The notes under the pieces are model-generated. The model searched no databases. It had not been told where the DNA came from and saw nothing but the letters and a program-made list of their open reading frames with translations. Both the position numbers and the translations under genes were made by a program. A DNA stretch of 64,000 bases from Chrysemys picta bellii (taxonomy: Eukaryota), in assembly GCF_011386835.1 (NCBI RefSeq), contig NC_088794.1, forward strand, positions 2,852,001-2,916,000, in the 5' to 3' direction. Positions 44,967 to 56,783 of this stretch are shown in pieces. Position 1 is the stretch's first letter. Each line of letters starts with the position of its first letter.

Positions 44967-46699
44967 GGAAATCGAATTGCATTTGAAATCATGAGATCGC
45001 CTATAAGATTTTAACCAAATAACGTCAGAGTAAATTTCAAGGCAGGAAATTTAACTGCCCAAGAATGTGAATTTCACCAGCAGGGGTGTTTGAAGACACT
45101 GTTCAGAATAGAGAAACCTCCTTCCCCGCCATACTGATGTTGATTACAGGGAGGTTTTGGCCTCGTACAGCTTTTTTGGCAAAACCCGTTTCTGGAAATG
45201 CTGAAGAATCGGAAATAAAGCAGCGCGTGTCACATACACGGCTCAGCGTCACGCTGATCACACGCACGACAAACATGTGAAAAGCACAAAGGGGCTTTGG
45301 AGGTTTTGTGAACGTACTTAGCCGGGGGACCCTAAATCTTTGACTCCGTCAGACGTCTATTGCAGGGCGCACAGTGTACGTGGGCTCACCGGAGAATGGG
45401 GAGCAGAGACACTCGAGGAGTTAAGCCCAAGGTTAGTAGCCCACTCTTGTATGGGCTCACAAAGCCTGTGTTATCTTTGGGAGGGGGTCCCCAGAGTGCA
45501 ACCCGGACTATGGGACCCCTGACCCCTCCCAACCCACCAGCCTTTCACACTGTCCCTCTCTAAGGGGTCTCGGGGAGAGTGGATCATTTTCTGATTGACC
45601 ACCCACGCCCGTCTGGCCGGCCTGCGCTGCTCCTTTGTTTGGACTGAAAGGCTGGTGCGGGCGTTCCCAACCTCACAACACACTTTGGTAGCAGCTCTTG
45701 GCAATGGTAGAACCTCAGAGTTACAAACCCCCAGGGCCTAGGGAAGGGAGGTTGTTCCGACCTCTGAACCGTCCCCAACTCTGAACCAAACGGTAGGGTT
45801 TGTTCCTTCAAAAGTTTGCAACTGAACATTGACTTCTACCGCTTGGAAACTTTCCTATGCCGAAGCAAAATGCTGCTTTCCCTTTCTTTGTGTTCCACAC
45901 AGTATTGTTCTGTGTTTGCTTTTTTGGGCCGGGGTGTCTCGGCTGCTGCCTGATTGCACGCTTCCCGTTCCAAATGAGGTGTGTGTGGTTGGCCAGTCAG
46001 TTCATAACTCCGGTGTTCGTGACTCTGCGGTTCGACTGTATTCATAACTTCCCATCCAACGACAGCACACACGATCCAACAGGATAGCAACGTTCAACCC
46101 AGCAAGAGTTTAAACAAGAGCCCTCACAGGGCAGGCGTTGTACCAAACCTCTCATCAGCATCTCACTGTGGTGGAGCCTTTACTCACAAAAGCATCTCAC
46201 TGTGGTGGACCTGGGGGCTACGTGCAGGTACACAGTGGCACAGCCTTTACTCACGAAATCCGAAGTGACACTTGAGCTGTGACAAGCTACTTAGGTGACG
46301 TCATCCCAGTACTTAGGAGATAACACTTGAGAAAAAGCAACTTTGTGGAGCGGAGAGGACCTGGCCCCCATGTCTGTGTTTTCAGGACTGCTCAGAAAGT
46401 ATTCTACAAGCCCAGTTTCAGGGCTAGTGGATGTAAAACGCTGAATGAACATCTGAGTATTCCTTTATTACTCCTTTCCACTGCAGAGTAGTGACCAGAC
46501 AGCAAGTGTAAAAAATCGGGGTGCGGGTGGGGGGTAATAGGAGCCTATACAAAAAAAAGCCCCCAAAATCGGAACTGTCCCTATAAAATCAGGACATCTG
46601 GTCACCCTGCGTATTAGGAAAGAGACACCGAGTGCCCACAAAACATTGAGAGTCGTGGAAAGCCGTGGAAAGGGTACTTGAGAGAACTCCGAATTCTGC

Positions 46700-47726
46700 T
46701 CACAGGCAGAAAATCAACCCTTGTGCTTTACCCAGACCCCCCACTTTTGCCACCGTCGCCCAGACCGAACCCCAAGGAAACGGCACTTCCGCACCGTGGC
46801 GCACAGACGTGTCCGCACGCCGCTCTCAGATGGTGGCTCGGGCCTGTTCCCCCACTACTGAAACTCACGGGCCTCGTGCACCCTGCGCTGTGACGTCAGG
46901 CTAGCTCCAACGCATTCCTCGCTGCAAAACCGCACCCCGTTTTAGCCGGGGGGGCAGGGCTGGGAGAGGGGCTGGCGCTGGGGGGGGGGGCAGGGCTGGG
47001 GGAGGGGCTGGCGCTGTGGGTGCGGGGGGCAGGGCTGGGGGAGGGGCTGGCGCTGTGGGTGCGGGGGGGCAGGGCTGGGGGAGGGGCTGGGGGTGCGGGG
47101 AGCAGGGCTGGGGGAGGGGCTTGTGCTGTGGGTGCGGGGGGGCAGGGCTAGGGGAGGGGCTGGCGCTGTGGGTGCGGGGGGCAGGGCTGGGGGAGGGGCT
47201 GCTGCGGGGGGGGGCAGGGCTGGGGGAGGGGCTGGCACTGGGGGGCAGGGGGCACGCACTGATAATAGCGGGGCGGGGGGCTGGCCAGGTTCCCCTCCCC
47301 CGCAGGGGTTGCAGGTGGGGTGACCAGACAGCCGGACGGGGGGGGGGGGGGGCAATAGGAGCCTATATAAGAAAAGGACCCAAAACTCGGGATCTCCGCT
47401 CACCCCAGGTGCAGGGGGTGCAATGGCTCCTGCCCCGCCCCCGCTCAGACCCCGCCCCCTCGGCTCAGACCCCGCCCTCCCACGTGCCACCCGCTCGGCG
47501 CGGGCACGAGACTCGCACTCCCGGCAGGGGCCGGGCAGTCGCGTCAGCAGCGTCACTGCGCATGCTCGGTACAAACTCGGTCCCCTCGCGCCCCCCTCCC
47601 GTTGCCTCGGGCACCCTGATTAGCTGCGCCGCCGGTCGGGCAAGCCCATTGGTCGGCCAGGGCGGGCGCCCGCTCTGATTGGCTGGAGGGGCGCGAGGCG
47701 GCGCGGTACCGGGGCTCGAAGGAGGC
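46700..47726. promoter_or_regulatory. CpG-rich, probably bidirectional promoter between the integrase-like/QPRT unit and DCTPP1, split by a G-rich ~38-bp repeat (46949-47250)
   Basis: CRE TGACGTCA 46891-46898, NRF1-like TGCGCATGC 47557-47565, ATTGG at ~47648 and ~47678, GC boxes. Confidence 0.55.
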
Positions 47727-50700
47727 ATGGCCGGGCAGAGCCCGGAGGGTGGCCAGGTGCGGGGGGAGGGGCGGGAATTGCAGCCTGGGGGGCGGGGGGG
47801 GCAGTTCGGGGCGTTTCTCCAGATGTGGGGTCAGCTGGGCGGGGGGGGGGGCAGAGCCCCGGAACCCGCTGGGGGCCCCCCGACCCGCCCCCTCCCGACC
47901 CGCAGCCCCCCCAGCCCTGCCCCCCTCCCGCCATGTGCCCCCTCCCGACCCGCACCCCCTCCCCCCCCGGTCACTGGTGCACGGACCTCGAATGCTGACC
48001 CCCCCCCCCACGGCGTGGGGGGCGTATGGGGGCGGGGCCGGGTGAAGTTGGGGTTCTGGGGTCACCTTGTTGTTCCCTCCGGCTCCTGCAGGGGGCGCAG
48101 GCTGCTGTCAAGATCTCCGGAGCCGGAGACCAGGGAGCAGAGGGGGGGACCTCGGGGGGATTCACATTCAGCGCCGACCCCTCCCTGGAGGACATGTGAG
48201 TGACCCCCCCCCGCCGTGCCGGTGCCCCCACTCCCGACCCGCAGCCCCTCCCCCCCCAGCCCTGCCCCCCCGCAGCCCTGCCGGTGCCCCTCACTCCTGA
48301 CCCACAGCCCCTGCCAGCCCAGCCCTGCCCCCCCCAGCTCTGCCGGTGCCCCTCACTCCTGACCCACAGCCCCTCCCCCCCCAGCTCTGCCCCCCACCCC
48401 AGCCCTGCCGGTGCCCCTCACTCCTGACCCACAGCCCCTCCCCCCCCCAGCTCTGCCCCCCACCCCAGCCCTGCCGTGCCCCCCACTCCCGACCCGCAGC
48501 CCCTGCTAGCCCAGCCCTGTCCCCCCCAGCTCTGCCGGTGCCCCTCACTCCCGACCCGCAGCCCCTGCTAGCCCAGCCCTGCCCCCCCCAGCTCTGCTAG
48601 TGCCCCTCACTCCCGACCCGCAGCCCTGCTAGCCCAGCCCTGCTCCCCCCCAGCTCTGCCGGTGCCCCTCACTCCCGACCCGCAGCCCCTGCTAGCCCAG
48701 CCCTGCCCCCCCTGCTCTGCCGGTGCCCCTCACTCCCGACCCGCAGCCCCTGCTAGCCTAGCCCTGCCCCCCCCCAGCTCTGCCGTGCCCCTCACTCCCG
48801 ACCCGCAGCCCCTGCCAGCCCAGCCCTGGGCCCCTCCAGCTCTGCCGGTGCCCCTCACTCCCGACCCGCAGCCCCTGCCAGCCCAGCCCTGCTCCCCCCC
48901 AGCTCTGCCGGTGCCCCTCACTCCCGACCCGCAGCCCCTGCTAGCCCAGCCCTGACCCCCCAGCTCTGCCGGTGCCCCTCACTCCCGACCCGCAGCCCCT
49001 GCTAGCCCAGCCCTGCCCCCCCCAGCTCTGCCCGTGCCCCTCACTCCCGACCCGCAGCCCTCTGCTAGCCCAGCCCTGGGCCCCCAGCTCTGCCACTGCC
49101 CCCCACTCCCGACCCGCAGCCCCCTGCTAGCCCAGCCCTGCTCCCCCCCAGCTCTGCCGGTGCCCCTCACTCCCGACCCGCAGCCCCTGCCAGCCCAGCC
49201 CTGCTCCCCCCCAGCTCTGCCGGTGCCCCTCACTCCCGACCCGCAGCACCTGCCAGCCCAGCCCAGCCTCCCCCCCAGCTCTGCCGGTGCCCCTCACTCC
49301 TGACCCGCAGCCCCTGCCAGCCCAGCCCTGCCCCCACCCCTAGCTCTGCCGGTGCCCCTCACTCCCGACCTGCAGCCCCTGCCAGCCCAGCCCTGCCCCC
49401 CCCCAGCTCTGCCGGTGCCCCTCACTCCCGACCCGCAGCCCCCTGCTAGCCCAGCCCTGCCCCCCCCCCAGCTCTGCCGGTGCCCCTCACTCCCGACCCG
49501 CAGCCCCTGCCAGCCCAGCCCTGCTCCCCCCTGCTCTGCCGGTGCCCCTCACTCCCGACCCGCAGCCCCTGCCAGCCCAGCCCTGCCTCCCTCAGCTCTG
49601 CCGGTGCCCCTCACTCCCGACCTGCAGCCCTGCCAGCCCAGCCCTGCTCCCCCCCCAGCTCTGCCAGTGCCCCTCACTCCCGACCCGCAGCCCCCTGCCA
49701 GCCCAGCCCTGCTCCCCCCTGCTCTGCCGGTGCCCCTCACTCCCGACCCGCAGCCCCTGCCAGCCCAGCCCTGCCCCCCCCAGCTCTGCCGGTGCCCCTC
49801 ACTCCCGACCCGCAGCACCTGCCAGCCCAGCCCTGCCCCCCCCCAGCTCTGCCGGTGCCCCTCACTCCCGACCCGCAGCCCCTGCCAGCCCAGCCCTGCC
49901 TCCCTCAGCTCTGCCGGTGCCCCTCACTCCCGACCCGCAGCCCGGCTGCTCACACTTGTCTAACCCCCGCCCCCCCTTTCTCTTTGTCCAGCCGGCGGCT
50001 CCAGGCCGAGTTCGTGGCCGAGCGGGGGTGGGGCCAGTTCCACCAGCCCCGAAACCTGCTCCTGGCGTTGGTGGGCGAAGTGGGGGAAGTGGCCGAGCTC
50101 TTGTGAGTATGGGGGGGATAAGGGGGGGAACCCCCGGGAGAGACCCGGGGAGGGGATCGAGGGACGCACCTGACACCCCCCTCCACACACACACAGAGGG
50201 CAGGGGCAGGCTGATCCCCAGGCACTTGAGAGACTGGGGGGGGGTGGGTGGTTGAACAACGTCGCCACCTAGTGGCTGCACCTGACAATTCCAGGCACAA
50301 GGGATGGGGTGCGGGGGGGTGTCCTGTTACCCCGCTTGCCCTGGGACAGTCTGTCTGTCCCGGCGCCCCTGCCCTGGGTCTGTCCATCCCGGTGCCCCCC
50401 GCCAGAGCCCGGCCGCTCGTGACCGGCGTGCGTGTGTCTCTCCCTGCAGCCAGTGGCGGGCGGAGCCGGAGGCGCGGGCGTTGCTGCCGGGCTGGGCGCC
50501 GGGCGAGCGGGCGGCGCTGGAGGAGGAGCTGAGCGACGTGCTGCTTTACCTGGTGTCGCTGGCCCAGCAGTGCCGGGTGGACCTGCCCGCGCCGCCCTGC
50601 GCAAGCTGGAGCGGAACCGGGCCCGGTACCCGGCCGACCGCGCCCACGGCTCGGCCCGCAAGTACACCCACTACCAGGCCGGACCCACGGACGCCCAGCG

Positions 50701-50740
50701 TCGGGATGGACCCACGGACACCTGCTGCCCCCAGGACTGA
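47727..50740 (+). CDS. DCTPP1: dCTP pyrophosphatase 1 (one -1 frameshift as assembled)
   Basis: Exons 47727-47756 (tentative), 48092-48195, 49992-50102, 50450-50740. FTFSADPSLEDIRRLQAEFVAERGWGQFHQPRNLLLALVGEVGEVAELFQW...EEELSDVLLYL. One C is missing at 50586-50588 before AALRKLERNRARYP. Confidence 0.9.
48205..49945. repeat. ~60-bp minisatellite (~28 units) filling a DCTPP1 intron
   Basis: Tandem gccggtgcccctcactcccgacccgcagcccctgccagcccagccctgccccccccagctct. Confidence 0.9.
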
Positions 50741-51017
50741 CGGCCGGGCCTGGACGGACGGACTCCACCCTCTGCTGGGGGGCAGATCCCATCCCCTGGC
50801 AGAGAGATGGGGTGTGTCCCCCCAGCCCCACCACTTCAGCACCCCCCAGTTCCAGCTTTGCCCCTGTTCATTACACCTCAGCTCCCCAATTTCTACAGTA
50901 ACCCCCCTGCCCCCAGTTTATCAACGACCCCCCGTCCCAGGCCATGCCCCGCCTGTCACCCCAGGCCCCCCCAAAGTTCAGGCCTGAGTTTGTCTCTTTT
51001 TCTTGGTGGTTTTAAGT

Positions 51018-51179
51018 AATAAAAAGCTTCTCTTTGTGGGGAGGCCCATTTCTCTGTGGTGTCCATTCTGGGGCTCCCCTCTCCCCACACATGCGCTGCG
51101 GTGGGCTGGAAAGAAGGGGAGGGGTCATGCCCCCAAACAGCCACAGGGAGCAGTGGTGCAAAGCCAGGCTGAGTTTATT
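51018..51179. terminator. Convergent polyadenylation signals of DCTPP1 (+, 51018-51023) and SEPTIN1 (-, 51174-51179)
   Basis: AATAAA on each strand downstream of the respective stop codon. Confidence 0.65.
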
Positions 51180-51380
51180 GAAGGAGGCGTTGGGGCAAAG
51201 CTGGGAAAGGGGAGAATTGGGGGTGACTGTGGGGAACAGGGAATTTAGGGTCTGGGGGGGCTGCGAGTGCTGCTCAGGCTGTCCCAGAGAATCGCCCCCG
51301 TCCCTTCTGCTGTTGCTGCTCTGGCCAATAGACGCTGGCTCGGTGGGGGGGCACTGCCCCCGGGGGGGCCCCCAAACTCC

Positions 51381-54300
51381 TCACAGGGCGTCCGACTGCT
51401 CCCCCTGGCTCTGCTGCATCTGGGCCTGCATCTTCTGCAGCATTTCCTGCATCCGGCGCAGCTGGGGGGAGCGAGACAAGGGGGGGGGAAGGTGAGACAC
51501 CGCCGCTCGGGGGGGGGCTGGGAACGGGGGACCCCTTGCCTGGCGCTGGGATGCAGCCCCTCTGGGGTGGGGGCTGTGTGTAACGGAGGACAGCCCCCCC
51601 CCCCCCCGGTGCCCCACTCACCTCTTCATCCTTCTCCCGGATCAGTTTCTCCGTCTCCAGCGGCAGCAGTGGGAGCTCGGTGGCGCTTTGCCGGGACAGT
51701 TTCCTGAGGGGGAGATGGGTCAGGGGAGGTGGGGCCGGGTGTCTCCCAAAGCACCCATGTTCATTTCAAGCCTGGCTGCCCCCATCCCTGCCCCCATCTC
51801 TGCCTGCTGCCCCCCATCTCTGGCTGCCCCCCATCCCCGCTGCCCCCAGCTCTGCCCGCTGCCCCCCATCCCTGCTCCCAGCTGCCCCCCGTCCCCGGGC
51901 TCACATGCGGCTGGCGCGGTCGCGGGCGCCCACGCGGGTCAGGCTCTGGATGCAGTGCGCCCGGTAGTTCTCGTAGTGGATCTCCTGGGTCACCTCCTTC
52001 AGGTCCTGCATGTGGGTCCGCACCAGCATCGTGCGCAGCTTCAGGAAGTCGCAGTGCGACGGGTTCTCCACTGGGGGGCGACAGAGTCATGGGGCCTCTG
52101 CTCCCCCCCTCGGCGTCCCCTGGTGCCCCCCACTGACCTGCTGTGCCCCCTGACACCCCTTTCTGCGGTGCACTGACTGCTCTGCCCGCTGGTGCCCCCC
52201 TCTGCCCTGCCAGTGCCCCCCCACTGACCCCCCTCTGCCTCCTGGCACCTCCCTCTGCCCCCACTGACCCCTCTGCCCCTGGCCTCCCCCACTAGCCCCT
52301 GGTGCCCCTTACTGAGCCCAGTGCCCCTCCAACCCTTCTGCCTGGCACCCCTCACTGACCCCCAGCCCCCAACCCGTGGTCCCCCAAAGTGACCTCCACC
52401 CCCTGGTGCCCCACGCTGACCCCCGGTACTCCCAGGTACCACTCACTGACCAATCTGCCTCCCAGTGTCCCCTGGCGCCCCCCACTGACCCCCTCTTTCT
52501 CCCGATGCTACCCAGTGCCCCCCCGACCCCCCTGTGCGAGCCAATGACCCCAGCACCCCCTAATTATCCTCCCCACCCCCTGGTGCCCCAGTTGACCCCA
52601 GCACTCCCTAGCCCCCCACTACACTCCCCCTGCCCCACAATGCCCCTCAGCCCCAGCCCACCCCCTACCTTCCACAGCCCCCCAGGGGTACGTGCGCCCC
52701 CGGAAGGCCTTTTCCTTGGTCTCCCGGACGATGTCATTGGAGCCAACAACGGCGAACGGGATGCTGCGCTGGGAGGGGAGGAGGCAGAGGAGGGGGGTTA
52801 TGGGGTGTCTAGGGCCCCCCTTTCCTGTAGCCCCCCCAGAACTCCCCCTCCCTGGCACTGGGCCCTTCTCACCTTCAGCTCCGCGTCCTGTGCCTTGAAG
52901 TCCTCGTCCTCATCCGAGTCACAGTCAGGGAACTGGTAGATGCTGATGGCGTTTTCCTCCAGCTCCTGCCGGATCTGGGGATGTCGGGGGGGAACGTCAC
53001 CCCAAAACCCTCATGCACAACACAGACCCACCACCCACCCCTGTGGGAAAAGCAGGGAGTCTGGGGTGGGGGTCACCAGGGGAATCAGGGTACAGGAAGA
53101 TGTGGTTGGGGATTGGGGGAATTTGGGGTACAGGGTGACATGGGCTGGGATTGGGAGAAAATTGGGGGTACATGGAGGGAAATTTGGGATGCAGAGGGAT
53201 GTGGCGAGGATCTGGGAGGGATGTGGGGGTCAAGCAGCAAATTTGAGGTGTGGGGATATGTGGCTTGGAATTGGGAGGGGTGCAGGGGAAGGGGCTTTCC
53301 GTTGGGGAGGGATATGGGGGTGCAGGGAATGGGGGTTGGGATTGGAGGCATGTGGGGTGCAAGAAGAGAAATTGGGGGCACTGGGGCAGGCTGTGAGGAC
53401 TGGGGAGGGATTTGGGGTGCAGGGGGACGTGGCAATTGGGGAATGTGGGGTGCAGGAGGAGGGTTGGGGACATGGGTTGGGATGGGGCACTATTTGGGGT
53501 GCAGAGGGATACGGGGCACATGGGATGGGGCACTATTTGGGTGCAGGGGGATACAGGGCACATGGGCTGGGGTCCCTGCCCCCTCTAGAAGCCCCCCTGA
53601 CTCTCACCTTCTCCTTCATGGCCCCCACCTCCCNNNNNNNNNNNNNNNNNNNNNNNNNNNNNNNNNNNNNNNNNNNNNNNNNNNNNNNNNNNNNNNNNNN
53701 NNNNNNNNNNNNNNNNNNNNNNNNNNNNNNNNNNNNNNNNNNNNNNNNNNNNNNNNNNNNNNNNNNNNNNNNNNNNNNNNNNNNNNNNNNNNNNNNNNNN
53801 NNNNNNNNNNNNNNNNNNNNNNNNNNNNNNNNNNNNNNNNNNNNNNNNNNNNNNNNNNNNNNNNNNNNNNNNNNNNNNNNNNNNNNNNNNNNNNNNNNNN
53901 NNNNNNNNNNNNNNNNNNNNNNNNNNNNNNNNNNNNNNNNNNNNNNNNNNNNNNNNNNNNNNNNNNNNNNNNNNNNNNNNNNNNNNNNNNNNNNNNNNNN
54001 NNNNNNNNNNNNNNNNNNNNNNNNNNNNNNNNNNNNNNNNNNNNNNNNNNNNNNNNNNNNNNNNNNNNNNNNNNNNNNNNNNNNNNNNNNNNNNNNNNNN
54101 NNNNNNNNNNNNNNNNNNNNNNNNNNNNNNNNNCTCTCGTCCGGAAGAACTGCTCGAATTGCTGGTCAATATAGTCCACTATGGACCCCCAACTGGGACC
54201 GGCCCGGGGGAGCAGAGGAGGAGGGGTTAGTGCGGGTCTCCCACAATGCACTGCTCCACCAGCCCCAAATCTCCCCTTCCCCCCCCTTCAATCCCTGCTG

Positions 54301-56783
54301 GTCCATATAGTCCGGTATGGACCCCCAGCTGGGATCGCCCATTGTGAGGGGTTAGAGCCTGGGTCCTACAAGGCACTGCTCTGACAGCCCCCCTCCCTTC
54401 CCTAACTTGCCCCAGGATCCCTGCTGGTCCATATAGTCCAGTATCAGCCACCAGCAGGGACCAGCCCTGGGGAGGGGTTAGAGCCTTTGTCCCCACAATG
54501 CACTGCCCTGACACACCCCACCCCCACTCTCCCAATTTCCGCCCCCACCTCCTCTGAATCTCCTCTCCCCGCTCCCAGAATCCCTACTGGTCAGTATAGT
54601 TCAGTATGGGCCCCCAGCTGAGACCAGCCCAGGGGAAGGGGGAGGTTGGTGAGGGGTTCCCACAATGCACTGCTCTGACAGCCCCCGCCCCCCAAGCTCC
54701 CCATTCCTGCCAGTCCATATAGTCCTCTATGGGCTCCCAGCTGGGACTGGCCTGGGGAGAGGAAGGGAGGTGGTTTTGTGAGCGTATCCCACAATGCACT
54801 GCTCTGCCCTCCCCCTATCCCTCACCCGGTCAATATAGTCCACTATGGACTGGGCTGGGGCAGGGGTGTCCCCCTCCCCCCTCACCAGTCAGCGTTGTCC
54901 ACGGCGTCCCCAAAGCCTGGGGTGTCCACAACGGTGAGTTTCCACCCGGACGCCGCCTTCCTCCAGCTCGACGGCGTGCCGCTCGATCGCCAGGGTCTGC
55001 GGGACGCGCGCTGGGGGGGACGGGGTCAGTGCTGGGGGACAAGGTCCCCCACCCCGATCCGCCCCCGGGTCCTGCCCCGTGCTGCACCCCAGCCCCCCCG
55101 ATACACCCCTGCGTCCCACCCACCCTTGCCCTGATACACCCCCAGGTCCTCCCCTGCTGTGCCCCAGCCCCCCCACCCCGATCCGCCCCAACCCCCCCGA
55201 TACACCCCTGCGTCCCACCCACCCCCTGCCCTGATACACCCCCAGGTCCTCCCCTGCTGTGCCCCACCCCGGCCACATCCCAATACACCCCTGGCTCCTG
55301 CCCTACCCCTGCCGTACCCCCAGACTCACCCCCCAATTCACCCCACCCAACTCCCCACCCCCCATACACACCCCAGGTCCCGCCACACCCCTCATTCACC
55401 CTGCTACACCCCCAGATCACCCCACCCAACTCCACAGCCCCGATACACCCTGGTACCACACCACGCCGGCTGCACCCCAGCCCCCTCACCCACCCCCAAT
55501 ACCCCCTGGGGTTCTGCCCCCCCCCCCCAGCCTAATACAGCCCTGGGTCCCACCCCCCACTCACCCTGGGCGTCCAGCAGGGTCCGATCCTTGTACAGAT
55601 CCGTCAGGAACAGGCTGTCGATCAGCGTCGACTTCCCGAGCCCAGACTCCCCTGCAGGGAGGGGCGGGGGTGAGCCAGGACTCCTGGGTTCTATACTTGC
55701 TCTGGGAGAGGCGGGGGGTCTAGTGGGTTAGAGCGGGGTGGGGGGGCTGGGAGCCAGGACTCCTGGGTTCTCTCCCCGGTTCTGAAAGGCGAGTGGGGGC
55801 TGGTGGGTTAGAGCGGGGGGGCTGGGAGCGAGGACTCCTGGGTTCTCTCCCCGGCTCTGGGAGGCAAGTGGGGGCTAGTGGTTAGAGCGGGGTGGGGGAC
55901 TGGGAGCCAGGACTCCTGGGTTCTCTCCCCGGCTCTGGGAGGCGAGTGGGGGCTACTGGTTAGAGCGGGGGGGGGGGGCTGGGAGCCAGGACTCCTGGGT
56001 TCTCTCCCCGCCTCTGGGAGGCGAGTGGGGGCTAGTGGTTAGAGCGGGGGAGAGGGGCTGTAGGGGCACATGGGGTTTAAGCCTTTACCTGCCACCATCA
56101 GAGTAAAGTCGAATCCCTTCTTCACAGATTTCCGATGCAGCTGGTTGGGGAGGGTGGCGAACCCGACGTATTCCTTGTCCTGAGACAGAGAGAGCCTGGA
56201 TCTGGGGCCTGCAGACCAGCAACAGCACCCCGGAGTCCTGGCTTCCACCACCCCCGCTCTAACCCAGCAGACCCCACTCCCCTCCCCTCCCTGGGGACAG
56301 AACCCAGGAGTCCTGGCTCCCAGCCCACCCTGCTCTGACCCACTAGACCCCACTCCCCTCCCCAGAGCTGGGGAGAGAACCCAGGAGTCCTGGCTCCCAG
56401 CCCCCCCTGCTCTAACCCAGCAGACCCCACTCCCCTCCCCTCCCTGGGGACAGAACCCAGGAGTCCTGGCTCCCAGCCCCCCCTGCTCTGACCCACTAGA
56501 CCCCACTCCCCTCCCAGAGCTGGGGAGAGAACCCAGGAGTCCTGGCTCCCAGCCCCCCCCCCCCGCTCTAACCACCAGCCCCCACTCCCCTCCCAGAGCT
56601 GGGGAGAGAACCCAGGAGTCTGGGCTTCCAGCACCTCTCCCAGCAGGGGGCGCTGTGGGGAGGGGGCGGGAGGCGGGCTGTGGGGGGGAGCTCCCGGCTA
56701 CCCCAGCCCCAGCCTTGCCCAGCAGGGGGCGCTGTGGGGAGTGGGGCAGGAGGTCCGGGGATACGCCGTGGGCTGCTCACCAT
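51381..56783 (-). CDS. SEPTIN1: Septin 1 (partly in gap; two frameshifts as assembled)
   Basis: ATG exon ends at 56781 (gccaccATG|gtgag). Exons 56089-56179, 55565-55651, 54886-55010, gap-54192, 53608-gap, 52873-52974, 52669-52768, 51905-52070, 51622-51703, 51381-51461. [10 protein letters not shown]-loop, DTPGFGD, and the SEPTIN1-type C-terminus [26 protein letters not shown]. Confidence 0.92.
53634..54133. other. Assembly gap (500 N) within SEPTIN1
   Basis: Run of exactly 500 N that removes middle exons. Confidence 1.
54160..54860 (-). repeat. Tandem array (~110-160 bp units) built from the SEPTIN1 intron 4 acceptor plus the start of exon 5
   Basis: A ggtc(c/a)atatagtcc..tatgg.ccccca.ctggg motif recurs at ~54164, 54300, 54426, 54589, 54712 and 54828. 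Confidence 0.8.
55670..56640. repeat. ~60-65-bp minisatellite clusters in SEPTIN1 introns 1-2
   Basis: gggagccaggactcctgggttctctccc...ctctggga...gtggttagagc units in both orientations; related copies at ~5570-5690, 26400-26520 and 63622-64000. Confidence 0.8.

Noticed and set aside
46942-49963. Many Pro/Ala/Gly-rich ORFs around the DCTPP1 promoter and intron
   Set aside because: They come from stop-poor GC-rich minisatellites and have no homology signal.
54826-54849. 24-nt AG/GT-bounded micro-exon (TCCATAGTGGACTATATTGACCGG) in SEPTIN1 intron 4
   Set aside because: It is only 36 nt from the upstream donor, too short for a spliceable intron. It is a unit of the decoy array.
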